Made by a program: the position numbers and the translations under genes
Notes under the pieces: model-generated
Told to the model about the DNA's origin: nothing
The model's input: only the letters and a program-made list of their open reading frames with translations
Database searches by the model: none
Part shown: positions 11,101-24,020 of the stretch, in pieces
Layout of the letters: each line of letters starts with the position of its first letter
How positions within the stretch are numbered: position 1 is the first letter of the stretch
Source: Pseudogymnoascus verrucosus
Lineage: Eukaryota
DNA length: 64,000 bases
Direction: 5' to 3' (one strand)
Assembly: GCA_001662655.1 (NCBI GenBank)
Contig: KV460223.1

Positions 11101-12039
11101 TGCAGCGATTGTTGTTGTCTTTGGTTGGTGTTAGTGTTGAGTTTGTTTGTGTGTGGAAGTGAGAGTGAGAGTTGATAACCTCAAAAGGTTATAAGTTAGG
11201 ATTGGGATTGAAAAATACCTTGATTGATGAGAGCGAGTTGGATGATGTGTGATACAATCTTTACAAGAGACTGGTGATAAGATCGAGGTGTTATTTAAGG
11301 AGCGTCGGGCGAAGGTGGAAGTTGAAAGTTTTGTGGGTGGTAGCAAGCGTGGGTCTGAGGAGGACTGATGAAGAAGGAAGAGCAGCGTCTAGGCGTGAGA
11401 GAGACAGAATATCCGAAACGGCGGCTAAGTTGGAAGAGAGAAGGCCGGACAAAAGTTGACTTGAGAGAGAAAAGTGCCGGTAATTAAATAAAGAAGTTCG
11501 GGTATGGTGCGAAGATTCCAGTCAAACAAAGCCTAATCAAACAACGTTGATCCACAGAGCGTTTGCTTGGTCTTGTGGTCTCGGGCAATGAGCGACTGGG
11601 ACCGGCCGTCACAATAGAATTATAATGACAACAAAGATCGAGCGAGCACAAGGACTTTTCTCAAAAAGACCCTCGTCCGACAATTTCCTTTCCTGGGCAA
11701 CGAGAGAAAGACGGTGTGGTTGTAATAAAAAAACTGTAGCAATATATCACAGGCTAAGTCCCAATGGCGAGGCCAGGCGGCGGTTATAAAGTATCAGCGA
11801 AGAAAAGAATTTGCGGCTTTAAGACCGGATATGCGCCCTCAGATGCTTGGTATGGCGAGGGTAATGAATTTCTTTATTTTTTTGAAACGGTGTTGCAGGC
11901 CATAAAATAAAACAAAAATAAAACAGCGTGGCCGAGGTATGAGGGTGACCTGTGTGGAATGTGAAATGAAATATCAAGCCGCTTTTTCTTGTATCACAGT
12001 ACACGGCCCGAGATGCGGATTTGCATGTGGCTGCAGTGG

Positions 12040-13330
12040 GTAAACGTGACGGGTGCAAGCTTCAGGCAGGAGGACAAGGGAAAATGAGGAATAGAATGGG
12101 GTGAGAAATGTAATAGTAGAATTTGGGGAGGAATAGTAGAATAAATATATACCCTACTTTGACTTGGGGAGCGGAAAGCGGGACGGTGTAAGGTGTGTGG
12201 TGTGAGTGGAAGTGTGGTGTATGGTGTATGAGAGAGATAGAGGGTGACGAGGGAAAGCAGCAGGGGGAGTAAAAAAAAAACGGATGAGAAGGCCGGTGGA
12301 TGCAGTTTAACAGGATTAGATGGCATCATGGGCCATAACAATCCAGGTAACAGGGTAATTGCAGTGACGAGGAAAGGGCCGTGTGGCCAGTACTAAGCAA
12401 AGGAGTAGCATGGACAGTAGCATGGACATTAGTGTACCAGAGAAGGGGAGAAAGAAGCATTTCGGAGCATGCCTTTTTTTTTTCTGTCGTGGAGTAAATT
12501 AATCCTAGAAGAGAGATAGACAAGGGAAAACCAAGAGTTGACGGCAGATGAGAGACGAGAAATAACTAAGTACGAGTGGAGAGTGGGGGAGGGGCAGGGG
12601 GGAGAAGGGAGCGGCGGGCAAAGAGAGGGAAGGATGGACAGGATTGACAGGATAGACAGGAAATTTAGACAGGGAAGGCTTTACCGAGCAGTATGAGAAT
12701 GAGATTCGAGTCAGAAGTATGGTATTGGGGGGGGAGGGGTGGTGGGTTGGTGGGTGGAGGATGGATGGAGAGATAGTAGCAAGTAGTAGGAGGTAGGGTA
12801 TAGTAGAGGAGTAGGGGCGGAAGGGGGGGGGTGGGTTCGAGTATCGTACGTAGAGTAAGGTAGAGTGGGGTAGAGTAGAAGTAAGTAGTAGAGTAGAGTA
12901 GAGTAAGTAAGTACAGTAGCAGGAGAGACAGGGGGAGCAAGTAAGTAGTAGGAGGCAGGGGGAGAGTAGAGTAGAGTAGGTTAGGGTAGATTAGGGTAGA
13001 TTAGGGTAGGTTAGGGTAGATCAGGGTATAGAGTAGTAGGATCGATGATGGGTGGGTATGTGTGGGTATATGGTGAGTCGATGGTGGGAAGACGGTGCGA
13101 TGAGGGTGCGATGAGGGTGCGATGAGGGTGCGATGAGAGTGGGGTAGTAGTAGGTAGTAGTAGTATGTAGTAAGTTAGTAGTAAGTATTAAATAATTAGT
13201 AAGTAAGGAGTAAGTAGTATGTGGGTGGTGGCGTAGCATAGTAATGGAGTTAGGAAGGTATGAAGAGTATGAAATGTTTGAAGGGTATGAAGATAGTACA
13301 GTAAAGGCAGGTAGGTATGTTCGAAGTATG
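12040..13330. repeat. Purine-rich low-complexity tract (AGTAG, GTAGA, TTAGGGTAGA, GATGAGGGTGC units)
   Basis: Strong G/A skew on the + strand. Five TTAGGGTAGA-like units at 12981-13030 and four GATGAGGGTGC-like units near 13095-13140. Confidence 0.8.
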
Positions 13331-16300
13331 CGCCAGGATGGTTGAAAGTACATGTTAATTCAGTTGGGATTCCATATATTCCGGATGTATATTTGTGTAC
13401 ATGTGTCATTTTAGAAGCATTTTTGTCACTGGACAGAAAGAAAATATGGGGTGGAAGGCGACGACGACCCCACACAAGCGAGAGAGTGCGACCTTGCAGG
13501 ATGGGAAAGGGGATGGATGGGAGGGGCCGCAACTCTTACCTTCCCTGTATTGTACATTACACATTTCATACATAAACAGGCCTGTATAACGGTATTGCAG
13601 GCCTGCTGCATTGTACAATATTGTATACACTTTGTACTCTACCAGCTATATACTCTCCGTACACAGCATCACAGCATCAGTATCTACGAGTACAGACAAG
13701 CAGAAGTACAATATGCCTGTGTATGCCTGTGCTCTCCCTGCCCTGCCCTGCAGTGTCTTGATCTCCCTCATTAAACCCTGCATATATCATACCTTACACA
13801 GGTAACACATACAAAGCCGTTGCCAACACCCGCCCTGTCTGCGCGCCACCACCCTCTAGGAAGAAGAAGAAGAAGAAAAAATAATAAATATACTCCCCCT
13901 GCACACAAGATGACTATACTATCCGAACTCTCTGACAGTTACAGTACATGATCGCATGCATCATCTCCAGATCATCCTCCTCCTTTTCAATGTGGACACG
14001 GGACGCTGGAATCATAGCGAAAAGCCACAAATAGATCCATAATCTGCGCCGCCCCGCCGTGTGCCGCCAGTGCGCTGTTACCGGCCGCGCGATTCCACAG
14101 TAATCCTTCTTACTTCTAACGGGGAAGGACGCACATGCAGGGAACAGGCATCAGGGCATTTGTGGTCGGCAGAAGCAGAAGGGAGGGCGAGTAGAGATGA
14201 GATGAGATGTGATATGAGATGAATGAGCCACATGAGGCTGAAGGCGCGGGACATTAGGCGGCGTTTCCGTGTAAACAATCTCAGCACATCAATACTCTAT
14301 TATGGTATATGGCGACTCATCCGGTTTGATGACGACGGTGGTCCTGCGACGGAGATGACGCTGGATGGGCTATGAGACGGCGCGGCGGTGCTAGGTCCGC
14401 AATTGCGGCCAGGGAGAGAAAGAAGCTGAGCTCATTCTCTCTGCACACACCTACTCCTCTTCCATAACCGTTCTATCCTCGGGCTCTACACAGCACAAGA
14501 CTCACACCCTCAAAACCCCACCTTTTCGGCGAGACTTTTCGCCTCAACTTCTCCACCTCTCGCTGCTACGCCGGAGACTCAACAACGTCCGTGGGTCCGG
14601 CTACCGAGGTGCCGGTCTGTATGCCTGCAAGTGTAATAGCAACACGTGGCGGATGGGACTCGCAACGGCGAAGAAAGATGGAGATGGGGAAGGGAAGGAA
14701 GGAGAAGGCTTGCCGCGAGGGATGCTTGAGTCGTATCAGTGCCGTGGTCTCACCTCCCCGCTCTCACTACTATCGTCGACACCCCGGCGTTTGCCTCGGG
14801 TCTGTATGTACAGTACTGTCCTGTACAGCGCAGTACATCCACCACCACCACAGATCTCTGGTCGTGGTCCCCTCGTGGTGAAACGCCTGGTCTCTTTCCT
14901 CCCTTGGTGTATGGCTCCCTTCTCTCCACTCACATCCCCGCACCAGCCGATGTCTTATCTGCCCGCGTTTCCCCTTCTGTTCCGGCCTGCATTGGTTAGC
15001 TATCATCGCCGATTGGGGTTGGGCCGGCCCGTCAATACCTTCTTCACATATGCTCCCCAGCTCGAGATATTGCCCTCCTTGGCCACATACATACATGGCA
15101 CACCACCACCAACCACCACCACGAAAAGGTTCAACGGGTTCACATGTCTGTGCTAACATGCGGGCACTTATGCATACGGACACACTTGCGTACGTACATC
15201 CTCTCGGCCACATCTTTTCATACCCAATTCCTCCACACCCACCACGCACACAAGCCCCGATTTAAATTCCCGACATCCAGGGGCCGGGGCCTAATCCCTG
15301 AGGTGTGCGCATGGCGACGGCCGAGAGAATAATCCCCGTCCGCCCACTCCTCCGGTTTCGGGAGTTGCGAGAATCGACCGAGATGACACGGCCAAAGCTC
15401 TCTGCAGATTTTCTCACAAGACAAACGGAGGTGCCATGGACCGCGCCCGAGCTCTGAAAATCCCCTCAACTCGACGGAGTAGAGATAGGCGGCTTCCTGA
15501 TGCCGAATCTTGGTACAGCGAAATGTCTCGCCCATTGCCAAGCCGCCTAACTTGACCCCAGCTATCCCTAGCACCCCCCAGTTTGCTGCAGCGCGCTCAA
15601 TCTGGCTTGCCGAACAGGGGTCGGACTACAACCCCCCACTACCACGTTTTCGTCCATCGAGAGCACCGCCGAAGCCGAAGGAGAACGCGGGACGAGACGA
15701 GACTTAGCTCAAGATCTATATCAATGCAACGGTCTTGCATCATTAGAAGATTCGCATAATGATCTGAATGTGGTGTGCGTGCTGGATGAATCAGTTCTCC
15801 CCGATACGATGAGATGGCGATTTCATTTGCGATCTGCTCGACCAGCGCAACCCTCGTCTGTCCGTCCATCCACCACCCCCCTCCCCATATTCGCGCACAC
15901 CCTTTTTCACGGCAACTTCCCTCCCTCTGCGAAAAGACTGGTAGACCGCACTTGCAATCTCACCGAAACGCCGGCCCGTTCTCGGCTACACGATGCTCAC
16001 TACCAGATGGGCGCGTCCGGAGACATGCCGAACGACGAGGGCGACGAGACGGGCAAAACAGAATGCTCATCTGTGCGTAGTTCCGTGATCGACCGGTAAA
16101 GGCGCTTTGTACCTATACGATGATCCGTATATGTCTTTCGGACTCCGTGTTGTCTCAACTTAGATCGTCGGGACTATGTATCTTAGGCAAAAAGGGCAGA
16201 AGGACGGAAGAGGGGATGCGGAGGGAGAGAGAGAGGGAAAGTAGAGGACAAGGAGGGGGGGAAGCCGTATCATAATGTTCTCTTGAAGCAACGTCCTATC

Positions 16301-19125
16301 GCATCCTTCCAGGAGACGGATTGGAGTTGGTGGAGAAATTACGCATTATCACTGGCCTGTTAGCATCGCCGAGCGGGATGCTACCGTCGCATCCCGAAGA
16401 GTAGCAAGATGTTGGATGTAGGGTTCAGTAGTGATCCCCCAGCACAACGTCTGTACATGGTATTCCGAGATCCGAATTCTATGTACGTTAGCGAGCCCTG
16501 GAAGGTGGGCGAGAGTGTGACGTGAAGCGAAGACGTGCAGCGCAAACGAGATTCAAGGCCAGCTGCAGCACTCCATCATCGCTGCTGGACCAGAATCGCA
16601 ATCTCGATCTCATGCAAACCGCTCCTCCTTCGCCGTAACACCAGCACGCCACAACTTGCTCACTCCCCCCTGACGGGCCCTCTCACCGCGCTGTAGCGAT
16701 GCTCCTAATCACGGTAGGCCCGCCGTGGCGCACAGACGCCCCACTGCCGACAACGCCACGCATGACGAGGCGGCGCTGAAACGCGTAGGGACGCCTAGAG
16801 CAGCGCCGTTGCGTCTTCGGGGACTGGAGTTAGGGCTTGCTGGCGGAGGAGTGAAGGATGAGGGCCGAGACTGACGGCGGTGAGAATGGTCTCACTCTTT
16901 GACTTTCTCATCTCGGTTGCGGTGGTGGGATTTGAGTTAACAGGCTTGCTCATCTGCAGTCTCTCATCGATATTCTGGTAAGCTACTCGTAGATGGCTTG
17001 CGCACTGGCACGGAGCAATCACCGTAGCCAATCCGATATGTTTACTTGCGCTCAGAAGCCAGACTACGTCTGCACAAACACAGTAAGAAAACAATAGCGC
17101 CAACCTGCAAGTGCGGTAGCCGCAAATGGCACACAACAAGTGGATGCGGGATTTCGCAACTAAAGGCGCAACAAGCACCTAGTTGCGAAATACCACATGC
17201 AGGAAGCAGATCATCACCTTCCCATTTGTGGCCCACTGGCGCTAGGACAGGAGACTACCGGCGCGCTCTGTTCTCTCCGTCCTGCCTTTTGCCAAATCCA
17301 CGTTAGCATGACGTCTCTAAATGCCACACCGTTGCTTGACACGCCTGGGATGGGGCTTGATGGGTAGATCATCGTCCCACATGGATAAATCGCAGGATCG
17401 CGACCCTAGGAGTATACCTTCTGCTTCCGTCGAATATCAGCAGCACTACTTCGAGTAGCATGCTTTTTGGGTCAGATTCCAAATATTGCCACCGCACCGA
17501 CCGTAAGAACTTTCTCCACGGCAGAACTCATTATAGCTCGTTTCGTCAGCACTAGATTCTAGCTTATTGTTAGCCTTTCGTTGTTGTTCGGAGACGCGCG
17601 GTATTGAAAGCGGCGCCTCGCAATATCTGGAGTTTGATGAGAAAAAGGGGAAGTTTATTCGACGTTCGCGCAATTCCTACTAACCCCCCACGCGATTTCT
17701 AAACACTCTAATCAACACATAGGAGAGTTAACAAGGTTAAAACTTAAATAACTGGCCAACTTGCTTCCTGCATGCATGCAAGGACCGCACGCCCGCACGG
17801 CGTCTGCTGGGTTTCGTAGAATTTATTTTTCTTCGACGCCCGGTTGTGGGGCGGCAAGGCCTCGGATGTATTTTCCCGCCGCGGGGTCGGGATCAAGGTG
17901 CAAGGTGCTATACTATAATAACGCATCTCTCACATATATCGGTGCATCCATGGTTAGCCCAACGGATCTACCTAGCCGATCTCTCTAACCCACGAGAGAA
18001 GATGTCTCAGTCTCACCTAAACGTACGTAATACCCACTGACCGACAACGAGCAAGTCGTGAGAGTGAGATATTATCCGCTATTATTATCCGCTAATCCCC
18101 TCGTTTCTAAACATCCCAACGGCTTTCATTAACACCTCATATATCTCGCATATATCTCACCCGTTTCAACCATCAAAACACTCCCTGCCTATCACCCACC
18201 CACCCACCTATCTAGATCCAGATCCGCACACCCCCCCCTTTCCGGCCAACCCATCCATTTCAAGCACACAGCCAGACCATCATCCATCCGCCTTGGCCCC
18301 CACGGTCCCCTCCACGTAATCACATGATGCACTGACCCCCTTTCCAACCACCATCCAAGGTCCAAGCCCCACGAACCAGCGCTCCGGGACAAATCCCGCT
18401 CCGCTCCCAGCTTTCCATGTGGTGCACGGCCGCGCTCCACCGCTTCTATTGCTTCTTTACCTTCAGCAGGCCGGCTCCTTCGCCGCTGCGGTAGGTAGGG
18501 GGGGAACACAAGGTGGGGCGTTAACATGGGGGAGAAGGGCCGCTGTGGGAAAAGTGTGAGAGAGAAGGAAGGAGAGGGAGGAGGAGGGGACTGTGTAACC
18601 GCTTATACGCCCGAGCGTTTGCCAGGAACGGGAGAACGAAGAAGAAGCGCTGGAGTGGAGGCCTGGAGCTGCTTCATCAGGCTAAAGGCGCCCGACTATT
18701 GTGGACTATCTTCTTCTAGTCCGCCGCCCTCACTGAACAACCCCCCCCATTTCGTGTTCGTGTCCTCACTAGAGGATGTTTCGTATCGTTTCCGGGTCTT
18801 ACTATTCTCCCTCAAGACTGCTTGGCACGTGTAGAGCAGTTACCGAGGCTTACCGAGGGGGAGTTGGCTTCAACATTGGCAAGAGGCATTTTCGGGGGAG
18901 GGAGCCCCTATAGCGGTGTGAAAATAGTATTGGTATTGTATTTTGTATTGTAGTTCATGCATACCTCGTCGGCCTATGCCATGCAACCCGCTCCCCCTGG
19001 AGCTCCGGCTCCCGGCTCTCCCCCCTTCCTCCCCTTTCCCACGCGACTCTCACCGCCCCACGTGGCGGGCACAAATGCCGGAGTGACTTCGCTCCTTAAC
19101 CATCTTCTCCGGAGCTGTCACTCAC

Positions 19126-21602
19126 TCACTGGTTCTTCTTGTCCACCTTCAGTGCAGCGCCCTGCTTCACGGGGGTTAGTTCAAGTTCCAGCATCGTCGT
19201 CGAGACATGGCCCGAGGGTAAAGCTCACCTCAGCAATCAGCCGCCTCCCAACCCCTATCGTCTCTGCCGGACCCCTCTGCCTTGCCCAGAACCGGTCCTC
19301 AGCGGTTCCTTGGCCCGTCAGGGTCGAGCGTCTCGCCTCATCTGTATCACGTCAGCTTCAATCCCATGTCTCTAAACTGACTACGGATAAAATGTAGTCA
19401 AGCAAGACGTAGGTGTCCTTACCTTCAAGAGTCCTCCTATCAATCTTTTCTCCGGCAGTAAAGCTCTCACCCACAAACCGGTCTGCGTCCGCCTTCCCCA
19501 GAGCCTCCTCGAGGTACTTCCTCCTGATGGAAAAGCGCTCGCGACGCAGCTTCTGTTGGCCAGGGGAGTCGATTTTCGATAGCCCGTAGCGCACGGCGAA
19601 CTGCACGGCGAGGAAGATGTGCTCCGCGAAGAACATGGTGAGAAGCAGAGCCCAGCCAGCGAGCTGGCGGGGGCTCCCATCTGTTCCCATTCCGTCGCCG
19701 GAGAAGAGGTACACAAGCGCTGCCGTCGTGAGGCTGCCAAACCAGGCGAGGAAGCCAAGAGAGTCGATCCAAGGTCCGATGGAATCGGCGCGCCATGGGA
19801 TCGGGCGCTGGGTCTCGATGGTGATTTTGAGCGCGTCAGAGCGCAGCTCGATCCAGTTGTTGATGAGGAAAGAGACTGCAGTGAGTGGCCAGACAACAGA
19901 GAAGAGCGAGAGGTAGCCGAACTGCACGATCATCTCGCGGAAGTCGGTGGCGACATCGTACACGCCGAGTTCAGCTTCATTGCGGACACGAGTGAGGAAG
20001 TCGTGTTCCTCGGGGAGATCGCTGACGGTGTGGTCTTGTTTGCGCTCGCTCTTCCTGGTGGAGTTGGCTTGGACTTCCTTCACCTTGCGGAATACGCGGC
20101 GCTTGACGTATGGCACGATGACTTCGAGCGCGAGATTCACGATCTGTGCGGTGACGGTGAAGTAGATGACCTGCTTCTTGAGCCTGTCTGGGTTGATCTC
20201 AAAGCCAGACTTGGGGGCAGTCATCTGCTTTGCATTCTCAGCAAACGGCTTGACAGTTAACTGGAACACATCGAGATATGGCACCAGAACAGATGCGAAT
20301 GGGACATAGACGAATGCTGTCAGGATAATTGGCAGATACGACGTGATGAAGTTCAAGACGAATATCTTCTGAATCATTGCAGATTCATATGCATCTGTCG
20401 TCTCATAGTTCTCAATGTCGGTGAGCCTTGAGGCAAATCCGGTGAGCATAGACGACAGTGCCGGCATGAAGACTGTCAGAATTACCGTTGGTAGGAAGAC
20501 GAGATATGACTTGAATGGCCCTGCGTAAATTTCCGAGATGAAGATCTCGATGCTGAAACATGTGCAAATCAACGAGCCTAGAACAACGGCCGCGACTATT
20601 GCAAATGGAACCTGCAGCGCCTGTCTCGCCAGTCGCTTGAATGGAGAGTAGGTCCTCATCTTCTCCCCAGTAACTGGATCCGTAAATTCCCTCTCATGTC
20701 TGAACTCTGGTCGCTTCAACTGTATTTTTCCAATGCCTGTGACGTTCCATTGGAAAGCCAGATCGACCTCTTGCTTTCTCCAGTATTCAACAAAACCAAC
20801 ACACCATAAACAGTTGACGACGGCATATATTGGGGAGTAGTGACCCAGGACGACCCAGGATGTGAAACCAAAGGCAGCGGGAAAGACGAGAAACATGAAA
20901 TACGATTGCAAGAAGGCAAAATAAAACGCAATCTTCTCGCCGAAACGATCGCGGACGACCGTCAAGTCCTTAATGTCGAGAACGTATTTCGTTGACCATT
21001 CTGTAATCCATTTCTTATTGAACTGGTGGTCATGGAGCGCGAAGACGGATTCCACGTTCGCCCACTCTCCCCTCTTGGGTGTAATTCCAGCACCGCCTTC
21101 ACTGTTGGGTTTGGTGATGAGAAGATATACCAGGCGCAGACGTTCCGCTTCAGTAATAGGCTCTTCAGATATGGCTTTCTGTATATCCTTCTCTGGGGCA
21201 GCGGTTCGCACGCCATACAGCCAGTCTTGAACTCTTGCCCTGTATATTTCCGCGTCCAGATGGCGGGGAGAGGAGATTCGAACGAATACCAGGACGGCGC
21301 AGTTGTCACCATTGCGGACTTCGGTATCGAGCCCAACACGAGCCAGCGCGTCTACTAGCTTCGAAAATGCAGCTTCGGCCTCGGCCTGGTCTGGTTGATT
21401 GTCAGTGTATTGTTGACTTGGATGCAGGTCTGGCTCTTCTCACCCGTAGTCGCAAAGCGGTAGTCAATGACATAGTCGACACTGTTCAGCATCAGCGAAA
21501 CTCCTGGGGTGTAATCATGGTGAGCGCATACTTGAAAGTCGAGTGAAGTGTAGCCTTCCCGGGTTTGGGCGCTTCGTACAGCGACGGTATTGGCGACGCC
21601 AT
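19126..21602 (-). CDS. IST2: Anoctamin/TMEM16 Ca2+-activated scramblase/channel (Ist2-like)
   Basis: Motifs VRDRFGEKIAFYFAFL, FSIEIFISEIY, DFREMIVQFGYLSLFS, NNWIELRSDALK, RADSIGPW. Spliced model from MASPIPSLY (21602) to ...KVDKKNQ* (19126) with 4 GT-AG introns. Confidence 0.92.
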
Positions 21603-22236
21603 AGATTACTTCAAGTACGCACAGAGGGGACCGCCCGTGGAGAAAGCGTTGGGGAAAAGAGTGTAGGATGCGTAATAGAGGTTGAAAAATAAAGAAGAAG
21701 GGCGACGACGACGATATTCGCAAGAAGTTGGCCCCGCTGCTGTGCCTCCAAGTTGGCAGGGCCTGGCACTTCCCAGCTACCCTACAGAGCTGAAGCTGGC
21801 TGCTTTTGTGGGTATTCGTGACGTCGTGTCTCGGAGATTTCCCCACCAAACCAATTGATAAGAACGCTAGCGGCCGCCTTGATAGCTACCCCCCCATATT
21901 CCCCGAATGCACCCTTGCGGTCCAGATACTCCGATATAACCTCAATTCCTTCAATATCTCCCGTATCACCTAAATAACAGTCTTTTAGCCAAAATTGACT
22001 CGTTTGCGCTGGCTTAATATTAGATGCGAGGTTCCCGAAATTGCCGACCAACCCACATACCTACGCAGTTATGAGGCACTATTGAGCCACTTCTGCTGAG
22101 CGATTATATATCCTAAAGTCCAGTACTCAACTTCCTACAGTCCATTGGGGTTGTATAGAAGGCGCAAGTATACGCCCAGACATTGCCAATCCACCGCTAC
22201 AACTCCCGCTTGTGCCGGCCCGGTCGCTCTCTCAAT

Positions 22237-23260
22237 ATGACTCTCCCGTGGTCCTTCCGAAAATCGAAATGGGACCCTCCCTCCCTCCTCGAAAGCTTCC
22301 TCCAATCCCCCCTAGCAGTCCTCCTCGGCTTCCTACACGCCCTCCTCATCAGCCTGCGCGGCGCGCCCTTCCACCCTCCCAAAAACCGGCCTCCCATCCG
22401 CGTCGTCTGCATCAGCGACACGCACTCCCACCAGCTCTCCAACATCCCCGCCGGCGACCTGCTCCTCCACTCTGGCGACCTCACGAACGACGGGACCATT
22501 AAGTCCCTCCAAGAATCTCTGGATTGGCTCAACACGCTACCACATAAATACAAAGTCGTCATCGCCGGCAACCACGATAGCTACTTCGACCCGAGCGCGC
22601 GCAAGGAGGAGGATATAAACTCAAAGACGCGCTTGGATTGGGGGAGCATCATATACCTCCACAACCGCTCCACGCATCTGCGCTTCAAAGGCGGGCGCAG
22701 CTTGAACATTTACGGTTCCCCCGATATCCCCAAATGCGGCGGTAAAGAGCACGCGTACGTCCCCCTCCTCTCCCACATCCAAAAGAAACAACCCCCACTA
22801 ACCCCCACCCAGATTCCAATACGACCCCACCACCCCCCCCTGGCACACCCGCATCCCCCTCTCCACCGACATCCTCATAACCCACACCCCACCCCACACA
22901 CACCTCGACCTCCTCCTCGGGTGTCCCTCGCTCCTCTCCGAGATCTGGCGCGTAAAACCGCGCCTCCACGTCTTCGGGCACATCCACTCGGGACATGGAC
23001 AGGAGTCCGTATTCTGGGACGGGGGGCAAGCGGCGTATGAGAGAATCGTGGCGAGGAGGGGGGGCGTTTGGGGGGATCTGGTGCCGAGTAGGGCGTGGGT
23101 GGATGCGTGGGAGGTGGTGTGGTATGGGGTTAAGGGGGTGTTGTGGCAGTGGCTGATGGTGGGAAGGGGGGCGGGGGGTGGGGGGTTGTTGGTTAATGCG
23201 GCGTTGACTTATCAGAGTACGAGTGAGATTAGGAATGCGCCGCAGGTGGTGGTGCTGTGA
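22237..23260 (+). CDS. Calcineurin-like metallophosphoesterase (MPPED/239FB-like)
   Basis: Motifs ISDTH, HSGDLT, IAGNHD. After an intron at ~22755-22812 come ITHTPP and HVFGHIH. Confidence 0.9.
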
Positions 23261-24020
23261 TGGGAGATGGGGGGAGGGGGTTGTTGTGGGTTGGCGTTTG
23301 GGCGGAGGGGGTTAGCCTCAATAGGGGCGGACTGGCTCGGAGAAGCCTGTAAATAATGAAACATATCCAGGAGAATTATAGGCTGGCAGAATGACAGCCG
23401 GAGAAACCAATCCGCAAAAGCTGATGAGGATTATGAAGCTAGGTTAAAATCCCCTATAAATATAAACATTCACATCAAGGACAACTACTCCAGGAGATTC
23501 AAACCAGCAGCTCAACAGAAGTTACACAATGTATCGAGGGTGGTAAAAGAGAGATTCATCCATGTTTGTTGTGCGGTCAGTGAGTCGTAAGCTATATAGC
23601 TAAAACAATCCTCCTCGTTCGTTTGATGTGCCACACAATGCACACGGTATTCATTCGTCCACGCACCACGACTGTCAAGAAAACCTCACAATACAAACGC
23701 CAAACAAAGGTTTCTCCAACAGCCAACCTGACTGTCAGAGATGTGGAACTATAGATGCGCGCCCCGCCACAATATCCGGAAACAACTTCCCACTGCACAG
23801 ATATATATCGGCATTGTGGCAACAGCCCCGAGAGTATGAATGTGAGAACCCCCCGTGAAGTTCATAGTCCTCTTCCCACGATGCTCCTTTGAACCCCACC
23901 AACAAATAGGTATAAGGGCAAAACAGGACAAATAAATTCATGATCCGAACCAATCCAATCATTGTCAGCCATTCCGGTATCAAAGCACACACAAGTCGAT
24001 CCATCATACAGCGACATAGG

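Noticed and set aside
12981..13030. TTAGGG-containing repeats as an interstitial telomere or telomerase RNA template
   Set aside because: The units are 10-mers (TTAGGGTAGA) inside a wider purine-rich tract, not contiguous (TTAGGG)n. I found no TAACCCTAA template.
11800..18900. Many 60-170 aa ORFs in the long intergenic region
   Set aside because: They are low-complexity translations overlapping in several frames, with no domain motifs or codon bias.
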